Shown here in pieces: positions 49,176 to 49,304 of a stretch of 49,304 nucleotides of DNA. The notes under the pieces are model-generated. The model ran no database searches. It saw only the letters and a list, made by a program, of their open reading frames with translations, and was not told where the DNA came from. The position numbers were made by a program, and so were the translations under genes. Positions within the stretch are counted from its first letter, which is position 1. Each line of letters opens with the position of its first letter. The stretch comes from Planctomycetota bacterium (GTDB lineage: Bacteria > Planctomycetota > Planctomycetia > Pirellulales > UBA7805), in assembly GCA_036146215.1 (NCBI GenBank), contig JAYYJN010000109.1, positions 1 through 49,304 on the forward strand, in the 5' to 3' direction.

Positions 49176-49304
49176 AGATCCATTCTCACTATCCAGAGCA
49201 AACTAAAGTCGTGCTGCGCAATGACATACTGCGTATGATAACCATTCGGTGGCATTAATTTCCAGGTGACTCCAGCGCGATTAAATTGCATCAATGATGC
49301 TAAA

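Noticed and set aside
49176-49304. Possible 3' end of a minus-strand gene overlapping the ugd start
   Set aside because: An open frame exists, but the ~43-aa translation has no recognisable motif and is cut by the window edge.

Overview
Core chromosomal window (about 47% GC by eye) from a Planctomycetota bacterium, most likely Pirellulales. Supporting signs are a PVC-type dehydrogenase, sulfatase, PQQ-propeller, Hanks kinase, PTPMT1-like phosphatase and a redoxin-CxxCH-monooxygenase protein. It appears to span the replication origin: iscS, a shortened dnaA-like gene, an AT-rich spacer with DnaA-box-like repeats, dnaN, dciA (DUF721) and gyrB. Housekeeping and transport genes flank this (cimA, ftsK, truB, ahpC, ilvB-like, ugd and others). 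I saw no rRNA, tRNA, CRISPR array, transposase or prophage. Most notable: (1) an ECF sigma factor with no adjacent anti-sigma, paired with an HTH-WYL regulator and preceded by two DriD-like GGAC-N7-GTCC palindromes, a candidate WYL-to-sigma DNA-damage cascade; (2) a DnaA-like protein lacking domain I and the AAA+ lid, next to a candidate oriC with variant CACAAC repeats; (3) an in-frame TAG splitting one redoxin-monooxygenase gene; (4) a POT transporter with a pseudopilin-like extracellular insert and a TPP-riboswitch-like leader; (5) a promoter-leader-terminator (attenuator-like) arrangement before cimA. All functional calls come from motif recognition by eye; no database searches were run.
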